From: Chromera velia
Taxonomy: Eukaryota
Direction: 5' to 3'
NCBI GenBank assembly: GCA_018398765.1
Contig: JAHBMJ010000288.1
Location: forward strand, 62,001 to 126,000
Length of the DNA: 64,000 nucleotides
The notes under the pieces: generated by a model
The model's database searches: none
Told to the model about the DNA's origin: nothing
What the model saw: only the letters and a program-made list of their open reading frames with translations
In this document: piece by piece, positions 36,198-47,090 of the stretch
How positions within the stretch are numbered: the first letter of the stretch is position 1
How the letters are laid out: every line of letters starts with the position of its first letter
Translations under genes and position numbers: made by a program

Positions 36198-38238
36198 GCG
36201 TGTGTGTGTGTGAAGGGTTTCATTCAGTCAGGCTTCTGGGCATTGTACGGACACAAATTTGTCTGCGGGGGTGTGGGTCTATTCATACATGGCAGACTGC
36301 CTTCGGAAGAAGTCCTTATCCCGCAGACTGCTCTCCCACGGAAAAAGAATGTCATATTTTGGTCAGTGAGATTGCAGGCATGCCCCCTGAAGTTTTCTTT
36401 CTGTCTGGTTTCTGCGTCCTGCATGCAGAGAGAAGTTTTCCGAGGAGTATGCAGGCGAAAACCAAGAGCGCCACATGGAACCCGGGCAGACAGACGAGGC
36501 CTTTGGAGAGAGCTGGAGAGTGAGGGCGAGGGATAATGAGGCACAGACAGAATCCTTCCGATGCAACTCCAACGGGGGCTTCGGGAGGTGTCAGGGATTC
36601 ATGGACGATCTGCTTGGGGTGAGTGAGGAGATAGAGGCAAGGGGAGGGAAAGGGTGAAAAAGCTAGTGGGTGAGTGATCTGAAGGACGTGTGGTTGTGTC
36701 TCCTCCTCAGAGATAAGATTGCTTCTGTAGTTTTTGGGTCCTTTCTTTGCTTCCCCCGCCCCCCTATTTGCCTTCCACACAGTGTCAAGATCCCGTTTCC
36801 ATTCCTGGGATTGAAACGACTGCTCTTCCTTTCTTTCTTACTTGCTTTTTTTTTTTTTGATTGGAGCTCTGCTTCGTTTAAGGGGGAATTCCAACATTTC
36901 TTCTATCGATCTTTCCCTCTGCTTCTGTGTGTCTGCCTTCCCTGACCTGTGTCTGTGTCTGCACCTGCATTGGCGGCTCCCTCTTTGACTGGAAAAAATC
37001 CTTGGCGTCGCCATTTTTGTCTTTTCTCAGGCAACGTCAGTCGTCTCTTTTTTCAACTTCACTCCATTTCTCTCTTCCCTCTTCCCTGCCTGTGTTGCGT
37101 TTTTCTTCGCTCTCTAGAGAGAAGTACCATTCACTCCATTCATTCATTCATTCATTCATTCATTCATTCCTTCCAACGGAGGGCCTTGATCTTCCCTCCA
37201 AAGAATTTATCTTTTCTTTCGGTCCGTCTCCTCTTTCATTTGCCAAAACCGTAAAGAAAAGAGGATCGTGAAAGAGAATGGGGTGCTCTGCTTCTTCGTC
37301 TTCTTCTTCTCTTTCTTCTTCTCTTTCTTCTTCTGCTTCTTCCTTTCTACTTTGCACGCACGAAGGCCTCTGTCTGGAGCTGGTCCTTTGAGGGTTCCTC
37401 CCCACTTCCTCGATCACTTCTTCAGGAGTTTGTTGAAGGACGGCCAAATTCAATCTGGCCCAGAAACCACACTGTCTTTACTGCACGCCCATGAAGGTAT
37501 ACATGACATGGAGACTGCAAATGAAAAATAATTCTTAGAATGAATGTATGTATGAAAATGCGTGTGTGTAAGGATACACGTATGAAAATGAATGCATGCA
37601 GGTACATGACATGGAGACAGGCAGGCAACTGTGCCGCTGCTGTGCTGAGTCAGAAGGCGGCCTCCCCCCCCAGTGCTGAGTGCCCTCTTGACAGAGAGGA
37701 GGAGCAGGCAGGCAAGCTGGTTTTGGCCCCTCTTGACTCAGATTCAGACGACGTGAAGGCGAAGAAGGCCAAAAATTCGGCAGGAGCAACGAAACAGAAA
37801 CTAGGAGAGATTCGCACAAACGATGAGGAAGCCCCTCGAAGAGTGATTGGTAGTTCTACCGCAGCGTCTGCGAATTTCTTTCTCGAAGTTCGTCGATCTG
37901 TCTATTGGATCTGCAGAGCGCCTGCCTTCCGTTGTCTCGCCAAGCCTTTGCAGAAGTGCAATGAGCTCAGCAAAGTTCGCACCTCTCGCACGTGTCCTAA
38001 CGAAGGAGAGCGGTACTCTCCGATGGCAGGTAGAAGCATCAAGGAATTCCTGGAGGCCTCCAACAAACTTCCAGATGGGTGGGCCTGCTCTATCGCGCAC
38101 TGTGCCAATCTGGAGGGGGCAAACTCCGAGGAGCTTCTAGGCAATGAGCCATTTGCCTACAGAGTAGATCACGACCCCAGAGCCTACAAGGACCCCTCCA
38201 ACAGAATGCCCCTGCCACCCCCAGAGAACAGACCCTGA
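14075..38238 (+). CDS. Very large many-exon gene of unknown function with a signal-peptide-like start (may be more than one gene; the exon chain is only partly resolved after ~24 kb)
   Basis: Exon 14075-14206 (MKSIGWCFLAVLACQFDALFSLS...) splices in phase 0 to 15059-15604 and then to 15826. Phase-consistent junctions were traced through ~19.9-24.1 kb (e.g. YVQWMQIPKD..., CAREKLLG..., AMSLPDTG..., CIQCLEEYG...). Further TGCAG/GT-bounded exons occur at ~24.4, 24.9, 25.6, 26.2, 26.8, 27.5, 28.5, 29.2, 31.0, 32.2, 34.0, 35.9 and 36.4 kb. The terminal exon ends ...PPPENRP-stop at 38238. Confidence 0.65.
14475..14710. repeat. Compound intronic microsatellite (CTGA)n-(CT)n-(GT)n-(GTCT)n
   Basis: Directly visible in intron 1 of the large gene. 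Confidence 0.9.
16555..16680. repeat. Intronic minisatellite, 31-bp unit x4
   Basis: ATAGATTGACGCACGCAGATTGAAAAGAGGA starts at 16555, 16586, 16617 and 16648. The last copy has one G>A change. Confidence 0.97.
26411..26669. repeat. Intronic minisatellite, perfect 36-bp unit x7 plus a 7-bp partial copy
   Basis: TCGATCCTTCTCTTTTGAAGATTCGCAAAGAATGCA repeated head-to-tail with no spacers. Confidence 0.98.
31560..31750. repeat. Intronic minisatellite, 27-bp unit x7
   Basis: GTTCCCAACCAGACAGAAACACTCGCT repeated head-to-tail. Copies 3 and 4 carry single substitutions. Confidence 0.98.
36031..36211. repeat. Imperfect (GT)n intronic microsatellite
   Basis: Directly visible just after the donor that follows ...GDLLWIK. 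Confidence 0.95.
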
Positions 38239-38874
38239 CTGCTTGATTTCTTGCTTCGAGCCTTGCAAGCTTCCCACGGAAGGAAGATGAGATCCAGGTG
38301 ATCTGAAGATGCGCCCATGCAGTCATGATCTTGATTGAGGCTGCGTCCAAAGGCTTTGGGGGGATTTCTTTGGCGTAGGATTGGGGGCAGCAACGTCAAG
38401 AAATGGAATGCAAGGGTGCACGTCCACGTGGAAAAGATGGGCAGTTAAGTTAAAAAAATAAGAATGAGAATAAAAAAACATAAAACTTAAAAACCCTTTT
38501 AAGTAAAAAGTTGTGGATCATCTAATACATTTTAAAAACCATTTTCTTGCTTTAGTTCCCACATCGATATATATAGTCACCGGCTTTAACCTCATACATC
38601 ATCATCATCATCATCATTATAGTTAAAGTTTAGACATTTAAAATAGATACTCTAGCAGATATGAAGTGTTTCTATAAGTGTGTTTCGGTTTGTGAGTCGC
38701 TAAGTGAGTCGTCATTAAAACAACTAAAATACTATAATTGCAAATTTCTTATAAATTTATTATTATAAAAAAATCCTTTTATAGAAAAACAATTGTTCAA
38801 ATGTAGGATGAAAAGCATACATTTCATTATATAATTTTACGTTATTGGCACTCATTGCTATAGAGCGACTAGCA

Positions 38875-38921
<47 letters not shown>

Positions 38922-39257
38922 GGCGTTTAATCTTAGGCAAGTCATGTTGAATCAAAGAGAGCCTAGAGTGAAGTATCTATTTGATTTGATGAATCAATTG
39001 ATTAATCAATCAATCAATCAATGAGTCGATACAAGTACTACTAGTACATGATGATAATTAGGATGAAGGGCAGCATTATAGACTTAGTCCCTAGCTTAAT
39101 CCAATTAATATTCTATTGGGCTTTCGGAAAGCCGCTTTCTACACCAAACCCTTCTGAATTTTTCAAATTGTAACATAGCATACATAAAAATTTTGATTTG
39201 ATTTAATGGAATTCTAGATGAAAATGTGAGTGATGTATGTCACGGTACATTACATTG

Positions 39258-40397
39258 TCACCTTAGTTTCCTTCTTCTCCAAGTCTCCGCGACGTGCATT
39301 GCGGGAGTCAACCATTGCAGATTCCTCTCATCATTGTTTAAGGGGTTTCCATCTCTGTGGTCAACTTGGAGAGTCCTTTCATCGGCACCCTCTGCCAGAA
39401 GACGCTGCTTCTGTTCTTGGTGAAATACCTCAGCAACGGGTCGATGAACCAAGACATCTCTTCCTCGTGGAAATATATGATAATACCCATGATTCTGTGT
39501 TCCTAGTCCGATTCTCCCATTCAGAAATCTCACCCTTCCCCTGTTGGAGACTTCCACTGACGGGGGGGGGAATCCAATCTCCATTGTAGCCCTGGGTATC
39601 TTGAGCGAAACAGAGAGACGGCCGTCAGACTTGGGTAAAAAATACACTCGCTTGAAGACTTCTCCTTCGAGGAGTCGCATTTTCTCGGTGTCCATGGAAA
39701 GCTTCCATCCCGTGACAACCAGCCCCGATGGATTTGAAAGAAAACGGGCTATGGACAGCAAGGCTGGATTGCACTTCAGAAAGCAGCAGCATGAAAATAT
39801 ACTGGAGAAAACCCGTTTCTCTCCCGTACTCTGGTTTTCCCCGTCCAGCCGCATTGCACTCGCCCGGGTTGGAGGCGGGCTGCATTGTGACGCAATGGTC
39901 TTTTGTGCATGCTCCTTTGGGGCCATCCACTGGAGATTTCCGACTGCATTGTTTTGCCTGTTGCCGTCTATATGATCTACATGGATTTTTTCGTGGGGAA
40001 ATTGTTTTTCCTTCTCCCTTTTCTCCTCGGGAAGAAAAGTGAGCGCGGAAAGTCGATGGACGTACTGGTGTCCGTCGGATGAAAGTTTCACACGACGGTA
40101 TCCAGTGTTTGCGAGAGTTCCCCACTTTACGCGGCCGTAAGTATCTTTCACCAGTCCTTCCGGAGAAATTTTCCATCCGCTCAACAGACCGCTTAACAAA
40201 GGAGGGATATCTACAAAACCACCTGCCATGTACTGCCGTGTGCTGGCAGAAGCGCCTGCCCGTCTGTTTTTGGAACTCTTTTCGGAAGTCGAAAACTGGC
40301 AGACACGGTGCCCAATTCTCCACTTCCGAAGACCCTGAAAAAGAGACCTTCCCTGAAGGACAATGGTGTTCTTCACGGTGCTCATAAATGGACACAT
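39258..40397 (-). CDS. Intronless tandem HNH endonuclease with I-HmuI/NUMOD4-type homing-endonuclease architecture, ~375-379 aa
   Basis: Two complete units: YVHRLSALTFL...VDHIDGNRQNNAVGNLQWMAPKEH and LVHRPVAEVF...VDHRDGNPLNNDERNLQWLTPAMH. Each is preceded by a NUMOD4-like segment (ISPEGLVK, VSNRGRVR...GY). The linker TGEKRVFSSIFSCCCFL resembles a NUMOD1/IENR1 HTH. ATGs are at 40397 and 40385. Confidence 0.9.
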   Translation of the reverse strand: MCPFMSTVKNTIVLQGRSLFQGLRKWRIGHRVCQFSTSEKSSKNRRAGASASTRQYMAGGFVDIPPLLSGLLSGWKISPEGLVKDTYGRVKWGTLANTGYRRVKLSSDGHQYVHRLSALTFLPEEKREKEKQFPHEKIHVDHIDGNRQNNAVGNLQWMAPKEHAQKTIASQCSPPPTRASAMRLDGENQSTGEKRVFSSIFSCCCFLKCNPALLSIARFLSNPSGLVVTGWKLSMDTEKMRLLEGEVFKRVYFLPKSDGRLSVSLKIPRATMEIGFPPPSVEVSNRGRVRFLNGRIGLGTQNHGYYHIFPRGRDVLVHRPVAEVFHQEQKQRLLAEGADERTLQVDHRDGNPLNNDERNLQWLTPAMHVAETWRRRKLR

Positions 40398-40559
40398 TGA
40401 TGCATAAGTAGACGGTGGACTGGAGAGAAACCTACTTTTTGTGTATGCCCCGACATAGATCGATATCCTCACTTCACACATCTCGATTCAATGAACTTGA
40501 ATGGAGTCAAAGAATCTTATACACTTGCATGTGTTACTACTATCGACACATGATACGTA

Positions 40560-40690
40560 CACCTAGGCATGCATGTGCATGCATTCTCAGCGGCCCCATA
40601 ATGCCCCATGCATGCAGTGCGGCCAAGGCGGAGCGGCGGCGGCGGCGGCGGCGCCGAGAACCTGTAGGCGGGCACGCGGTCACAGGTGTC
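40560..40690. promoter_or_regulatory. TGCATGCA- and (GCG)n-rich promoter-like island upstream of the HNH gene
   Basis: GCATGCATGTGCATGCA, CATGCATGCA and a GGC repeat lie ~170-290 bp 5' of the ATG. The motif style matches that upstream of host genes. Confidence 0.5.
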
Positions 40691-41436
40691 AGAAGGAGCC
40701 TTCAAGGAACCACCCGTCCCAGATCCGATTGCTGCAAGCGCAGCTATGCGATGCAGAACCGATTAAAATTGCTGTGCTTGATCGAAACTAACTACATGGC
40801 TACAAACCTGGAACAACTTGAAGGTTGCTGGTTCAACCTAGAGTTAGAGCTAGAAGAAGCTAGAAGGATTATAAAAGATTCAGTTTAGTCTTTCACACAA
40901 CATGTACTGACTTTTCCTTATTGATCTTTAGGCTGCTCTGATCTCTGCTTATCTCTGTTAATTTAAAAATGTAACGGGTCCTGCTTTTTAGACTCGGTTT
41001 TTCTTAAACTATAGGGTTTTATGGTATTTGTATGCAGCACGCTATTGCACACTAATATTTCAGCGTTTAGACTTGAACTATTAGCATAAGCCTTTTAAGC
41101 TTTAGCAACCTTTTAATTAGGTTGCTACTAGTTGCTACCACTTATCGATATCAGGCAAAATGAACTAAGATATCATTGAAAGTGAACAAAACTGATGTCA
41201 AGAAAAGTTTAAAAGTGTATTCAATATACTCGTTCACTCAATACAACTAAACTGCTATATTACAAAACAATGCAAGTAATGAAAAATAGTTTGAAATAGT
41301 AACTTTAATATGTTTTAAACGTGTTTTTAATATGTGTCTAATTTCTTGCAGTTGGATAGTCAGTTGCCGAGTCAGAGTCTATTATTTAACAATTAATCAA
41401 CCTTCAAAAAATAGTACCTTCCAGTATGAGACGCTC

Positions 41437-41643
41437 TTCCTTCCTTCCTTCCTTCCTTCCTTCTTTCCTTCCCTTCCTTCCTTCCTTCCTTCCTTCCTCC
41501 CTTCCACCTGCATGAGTCGACCCGCGCCGGGAAGCTTAGGGGCAAAAAAGCTTTCTCGATCGATCAAATTCAGGGAGCAACCGAGAAAGACTTTGTTTCG
41601 ATCATCCAACAGGGACGCTGTCGGACTAGCCTGTAAGAAGACG

Positions 41644-41700
<57 letters not shown>

Positions 41701-41727
41701 TAGACAGACAGACAGACAGACAGACAC
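41437..41727. repeat. (TTCC)n and (GATA)n-(GA)n-(GACA)n microsatellites
   Basis: Directly visible at ~41437-41505 and ~41644-41727. Confidence 0.9.
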
Positions 41728-44558
41728 AAGATGAAGAGACTTGACCGTGGGAGATTCATTCCTTCTACTTGCTCTTCTCTGTGTGGATGGACTTCCAGGA
41801 ATCAGTAATCAATCGCACGCTTAAGAAAGAATTGATTGAGTTGTTTGTCCTTAATCGCATGAGACCATCCATCGACCTGCGTTCGTCCTCTGAGAGGGGG
41901 CTGGAGAGCGAACGAACAAGCAACTAATGGGCCAGGCCGAGGGAGGAAATTGCCACCTAAATTCAGGCCGATCGCTGTGTCTCCATCTAAGGGGGGAATC
42001 GTTTTTTTCCGTGGAAAACCTCCCTTGCTGTGCGTGGCTGCCTTCTTTCAGACCTGTTCTTGTGATATATGATGCCGTTGACATCTGCTGAGCGCACATG
42101 GGTGCGACTCTGCAGACAGACCTGGAGGGGGTGGGCTCTCCGGTCCGAGAGGGGCGGTTCGTCTGCGATTGTGAGACGCAAAATGACTTTTAGCGGCCGT
42201 TCCATCTGAAATGGGCACAGCAATCATCCACTGGCCAGCCATACGATGACGAAGTCAGGAAACAACATGCGCATATGTCGTCGTGTGCATGGGGAGGGAC
42301 AGGGCGGGGGCAGGAAGACATGGATAACAAAAAAACGACAGAGGCAGACATGCAGTCGGAACGAACAACATGGGTGCACGCACACACGCCGAAACCACAT
42401 TTCCCTGACACCAACGCTCAATCCACACACACGTACCCTTGAAGAGGAACAGAGGGATCGATGCAGATCAAACGCTCTTTGCACTGCTTGACATTCGGTC
42501 AATCTCTTGTGGCATCCAAACAGAATGTCATCTCTTGAGGGAATGAAGACCCCTTTTCCTATGGTTTCGTTTCTCTTCGTTTGTTTTTTCTGCGAGGCTC
42601 AACCCCAAAAGGACAGCCGTGGTCCTGACTTTTTTTGAGGAGATATGGTTGTGGCTTGGTTGGCGTACGTCTTTGTGATCCATCTGATGAGACTCATCAT
42701 GCTCTCTCTTTTCCTTCGGTGGCGCATCTTGCCTGGTGACTGACAGCAAAAGGTGAGGAGACGCGAACTGGTCAGGACTCATACAGAAGAACCGGAACGG
42801 GAAAAAACAAAAAGCTGCACGAATTTTGAAAGAACGAAGGATGAAAACACCTGTCACAACTTTTTTTTTTGCCTCCCCTCATGTTCTCGCATACGCTCCT
42901 CTGATGTTTCTTTTTTAGCTTCCTGCAGCGGCTCTTAAGGGCACGGTGTGTGAACCCTGGAGTCCCTTCGGCCATCCATTCGCACCGACTAAATGGCACT
43001 GCAAGTTCGGGAAGCTCATTTTTCCTTAATTTGCAGTCGGATGATATTGTGTGGACGCGTTTTGGGTCATGTCGATCTGGAAACGTCCCTTTCCTTTTCC
43101 TCTCTATGAATGCTCTGTTTCGCTTCTGTTCTTCGCTGTCCGCATGCTCTTTGGGTCGGAAGAGAGCAGCGCATAGCTCTCGTGGAAGCTGACACGATGG
43201 CAACACAGAGGACCAGACGCACAATCCCTCACAGACATATTGACTGCAGTTGACACACGTTGAAGATCAAATCAGGCTGACCGTCCGTCGAGATGAAAAC
43301 AAAACTGCATGTGTTCTCGCTTGCTTCTTTTCTTGCGTGCTTACGAATTGCGACTGCCTAGCAGCCCTGACTACCGAAGTAGCGAGAGAGGGCCCCTCCA
43401 ACCCCCCCCCGGTCTTATGGAATCATCAGGAGTCCGAAAGCGAACACTGCGGACAGCGCGCGCATCGTAAGCTGTCTGTAATCATCAGTTCAGTGAGAGT
43501 GATCGTGAACCTTCCTCGCTTAGGCTCTCCAGCGCACCAGGTCCTGACGCCGTGCTTCTTTCTTTCTGCACAACATTAGCGCTTCTTGCCTCACAGAGAA
43601 AAGCTCACACCTTCCTCAGCTTCCCTCTCTCTCAATTTTCAACGACAGACTTGGACAGACCGAAGAGAAGACAGCATGCCATCCAAATACAACAAAGGAT
43701 TTCACGGAATCTAAATCGCTCTCTATCCTTCTCTGCTCTGTTACGGTAAGGGAAGCTCTGAGAGTGCGAAAGGAAGGCTTAGTGTGCGAAAAGGCGGCTC
43801 GGCCAACCGAAAGATGCATTCGAGTTTCTGAAGAACCTCCACACACAAATTTGTTCAGATGTCTTTTTGTCTCGCCCCCCTTATTTCCCCACGTTTTCGT
43901 GTGGTATTGAATACTGCGAGATGCTTAAAAAAAAACGAAATGAAACAACACGGATGGTAAGATAAAAGGAGGCAGCAGTATCTGCCTGTGTCATCACGCA
44001 GAGAAAAGGGTCCATGCACCAGAATCCGCGAAAGTGCTGCGCAAGCAAGATGGAGCGTCCACCGGACAGCTTCTGCCTGAGGGGTCCTCAGTCGGTCACT
44101 GCTGCCGGTTTTCATTACCCTCCATGCACAGCCAGCGCAGAAGAAAAGAAAAGCAAGAAGGAATTCTCGCGAACTCTTTCGATTCATCCAACTTTTGTTT
44201 GCATGAAGAAGAAAGAAAGATTTGATTCTCGTCTGTCTCAGGCTAAAACTTCTTTGTCTCCTTCCTTTCCCCCCCCCTTTCCTGTTGCTTGATCCTGCTC
44301 CAAGTCATTTGTCGTTTTTTTAGCCACTTGTCCCGCGCGGAAAACTTTCTGCTTGAAGGATTGCTCTGCAGTCCTTCATTCTGCTTCCCACTTACGGGCA
44401 GCGCCCCCTCATGTTCTTTTTCAGAGCACTTCCTTCCGGCGCTTCCGCATCTTTCCTTAATTCCAGCAGAGCCAGCCTTGTTCAGTTCTTCCACTAGAGG
44501 CACTCAAGGAAAGAGAGATTGCGGGAATGCATCGGTGCAGGCAGGCTCGTGCATGAGT

Positions 44559-44824
44559 GAAGGACAGAAAAAGCGACGTGCCTCTGCCTCTTCAATCGCA
44601 CAAAACGCAAAAAGTCGTCCCTTCTAGAGACTCCCTCCCGGTAAAGTTTAGCCCCTGAATTCTGCTCCCCGTTCCCGTCCGAAAACGCTTTTTCTTAATT
44701 TGCAAGTCAGAAGAGCGGTCAACCAAACAGAATAAAAAGCCCAACCATCCCAGAACATCACTGCGTGATCGAACATGCACACCGACACACAACCAAATGA
44801 CATCGCAGGCCGACAAAACGCTGT
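44559..44824. repeat. Copy 1 of a ~260-bp diverged direct duplication
   Basis: GAAGGACAGAAAAAGCGACGTGCCTCTGCC...GGCCGACAAAACGCTGT aligns end to end with 46003-46258. Confidence 0.93.
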
Positions 44825-46002
44825 GAGAGAGACACGCAGAAGCAAAGGAGGAAGAAAAGAAAACACGAAACAGGACAGAGAACTAAGAATGCAACAACAA
44901 CAACAACAACAAGAAGAAGAAGAAGAAGAAGATGAAGATGAAGATGAAGATGAAGAAGAAAAAGAAGAGCGCTTGGACATACATTCACTATTTGCCTCCT
45001 CAATCTTTATTCGTGAAACAACAGTCACGTACGTCGACAAACGAAACGAGCTGCCGTCGCGAACAGACGAGGCTCAAGATCGAAGGAGCGACTGGAATGC
45101 TGATGTACACCTGAACTTTTTTCGTGTCAAATTGAAGGAGTGGAGAGTGAAGGGTTTGGAGCCAAAACCAAGCATGCGGGCCAGAATGAATTACAGGATG
45201 AATAAAATTGACGATCGTGCAGGGACACTGCAGGAGGCGCGAAGCATCTGGTAGAGAGCCAGGCTGAGCAACTCCTGGCTGCATGGCTGCCGCCTGTTCA
45301 TACCTTCCGGCCTCCTTCTGCTGCTGCACCCTCTGCACCCCTTCCCCTGCAGGCGGGGTGCACCCCCAAGTGAGGAAATCGCAAAACCCCGTGGAGATTC
45401 GATCATGCGCAATGTTGTTTTGTCCTCCTCTCTGTATTTTCTTACACATGTGCACGCATACTGTGTAGAGAGGTGGACAGAATGACTACCGTCTCATGTT
45501 GAAGAAAAGGCTTGCGTGTACGCGTGTACACGCCATAGAACCACAGTTGCATGACAGGGGTGCACAATACGCAAACACAAACATCGATCAAACGTGGCAC
45601 GAATGGAAGTTGATCAAAAGTGTCGTTCACGCACGTGCACTCATTGTCTCTGCGCAATTAACCAACCAGAGCGCAGAATCAATTAAATCTTCAAACAACC
45701 AAAGCACCCAACGCCCCCACCCTCAAAGAGCTCTAGTCTCTTTCCCGTCTGAGAATCACAACCGCGTGCCCCCCCTTCCTCACTCCACCCTCTTACAAGA
45801 CTGCGCTTCCTCCTTCGTTTTTCTCTCCTCTCTACCTGCATGCAACACGAGCGCCTGGGTCTCAGGCAGCAGCGCTCTTTCTTGTCTTGTCTTGTTTTGT
45901 CTTGTCTTGTCTTGGCGTGGGCACATCACCGAGACCCTCTCAGCGATCGCATAACGTTCGTCTGTCTGTCTTCCAGCCGACCGATGAATGAATGATCTAT
46001 GC

Positions 46003-46258
46003 GAAGGACAGAAAAAGCGACGTGCCTCTGCCTTTTCAATCGCACAAAACGCCAAAAGTCGTCCCGTCTACAGACTCCCTCCCGGAAAACCCCTTAATTC
46101 TGCCCCCCGTTCTCGTCCGGAAACCCCTTTTCTTCATTTGCAAGTCAGAAGAGCGGTCAAGTAAGCAGACAAAAGAGCCTAACCATCCCAGAACAACACT
46201 GCGTGAACATGCACACCGACGCACAACCAAATGGCATCGCAGGCCGACAAAACGCTGT
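46003..46258. repeat. Copy 2 of a ~260-bp diverged direct duplication
   Basis: Aligns with 44559-44824 with substitutions and small indels. Confidence 0.93.
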
Positions 46259-47090
46259 CAGAGTCGACCGAAGAAAGAGGGCCAGGAGGGGAGAGGGAGA
46301 AGAAGAAGAAGACGAAGAAAGGAACTTCAAGGAAGCAAAAAGGAGTCAGATCGACGAATGGGAAGAACAAATACGCAATTGCCCCTTGTTCTCCTTTGCC
46401 ACCCGTCTGCCTGCCTCTTTTTCAATGGAGAGACATACAATGCCGACGCGATGTTGCAAGAATGGAAACATCAAACGCTAGATGAAGCATGCACTCACTG
46501 ACCACCTCAGGTAGAGGCCGTGAAGTGTGAGCGTGGAAGACAGACCGAAGGCAACAAACGAATGACCAAATTATCTATGCCAATCTGAAACAGCTGCTCA
46601 CTTAAAAGGAAGGGGGAGGAGAAGGAAGAAGAATCATCCCTCCTGGCTCTAGCTCCACTTCTTCCCATGCACCTTTCCATGTTTCAATCGGATGCGCGAC
46701 TGGTTCCTGCACAAATATTTGCACACATGGGCCCACGTGAGCAGCAAATGGGGGCATTATGGGGCGATGTTCATGGTATGCACGCACAACACGAACAAAG
46801 ACACATAGATGCTTCGTGCGTGATATTAGGAATCAAGAAGACTTAGTCGACTAAGCAATGCAGCCACGCAGTTCGTCAAACAAAACACCCGATCGAGGCT
46901 GAACAGGTAAGCGAATGCCTCCATCATTCAATCAAGGATCACATGTTTCACGTTCGCGGACGTACAACCAAAGTCTGAAGATTCGTTTTGACTGAATGTG
47001 CCTGCACCATCAGAGAAGGGTGAGTGAAGGAAGGAGTGAGGGAGTGAGTGATTGACTGACTGACTGACCGTAAGACAAGAGTTTCTTCTT

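Noticed and set aside
35930..36536. ORFs rich in CV/TH dipeptides
   Set aside because: They are translations of a (GT)n intronic microsatellite.
39119..39133. Hairpin GGCTTT-CGG-AAAGCC downstream of the HNH gene as a Helitron 3' end or terminator
   Set aside because: The stem is only 6 bp, no correctly placed CTRR terminus was found, and no matching 5' end was identified.
39625..40395. 256-aa overlapping same-strand ORF in the HNH gene
   Set aside because: It is an alternative-frame shadow with no recognisable motifs. The HNH frame explains the region.
44775..45254. 159-aa ORF with poly-Q/E/D tract
   Set aside because: The ORF is driven by CAA/GAA/GAT triplet repeats that correspond to a minus-strand pyrimidine tract, and it has no supporting splice structure or domain.
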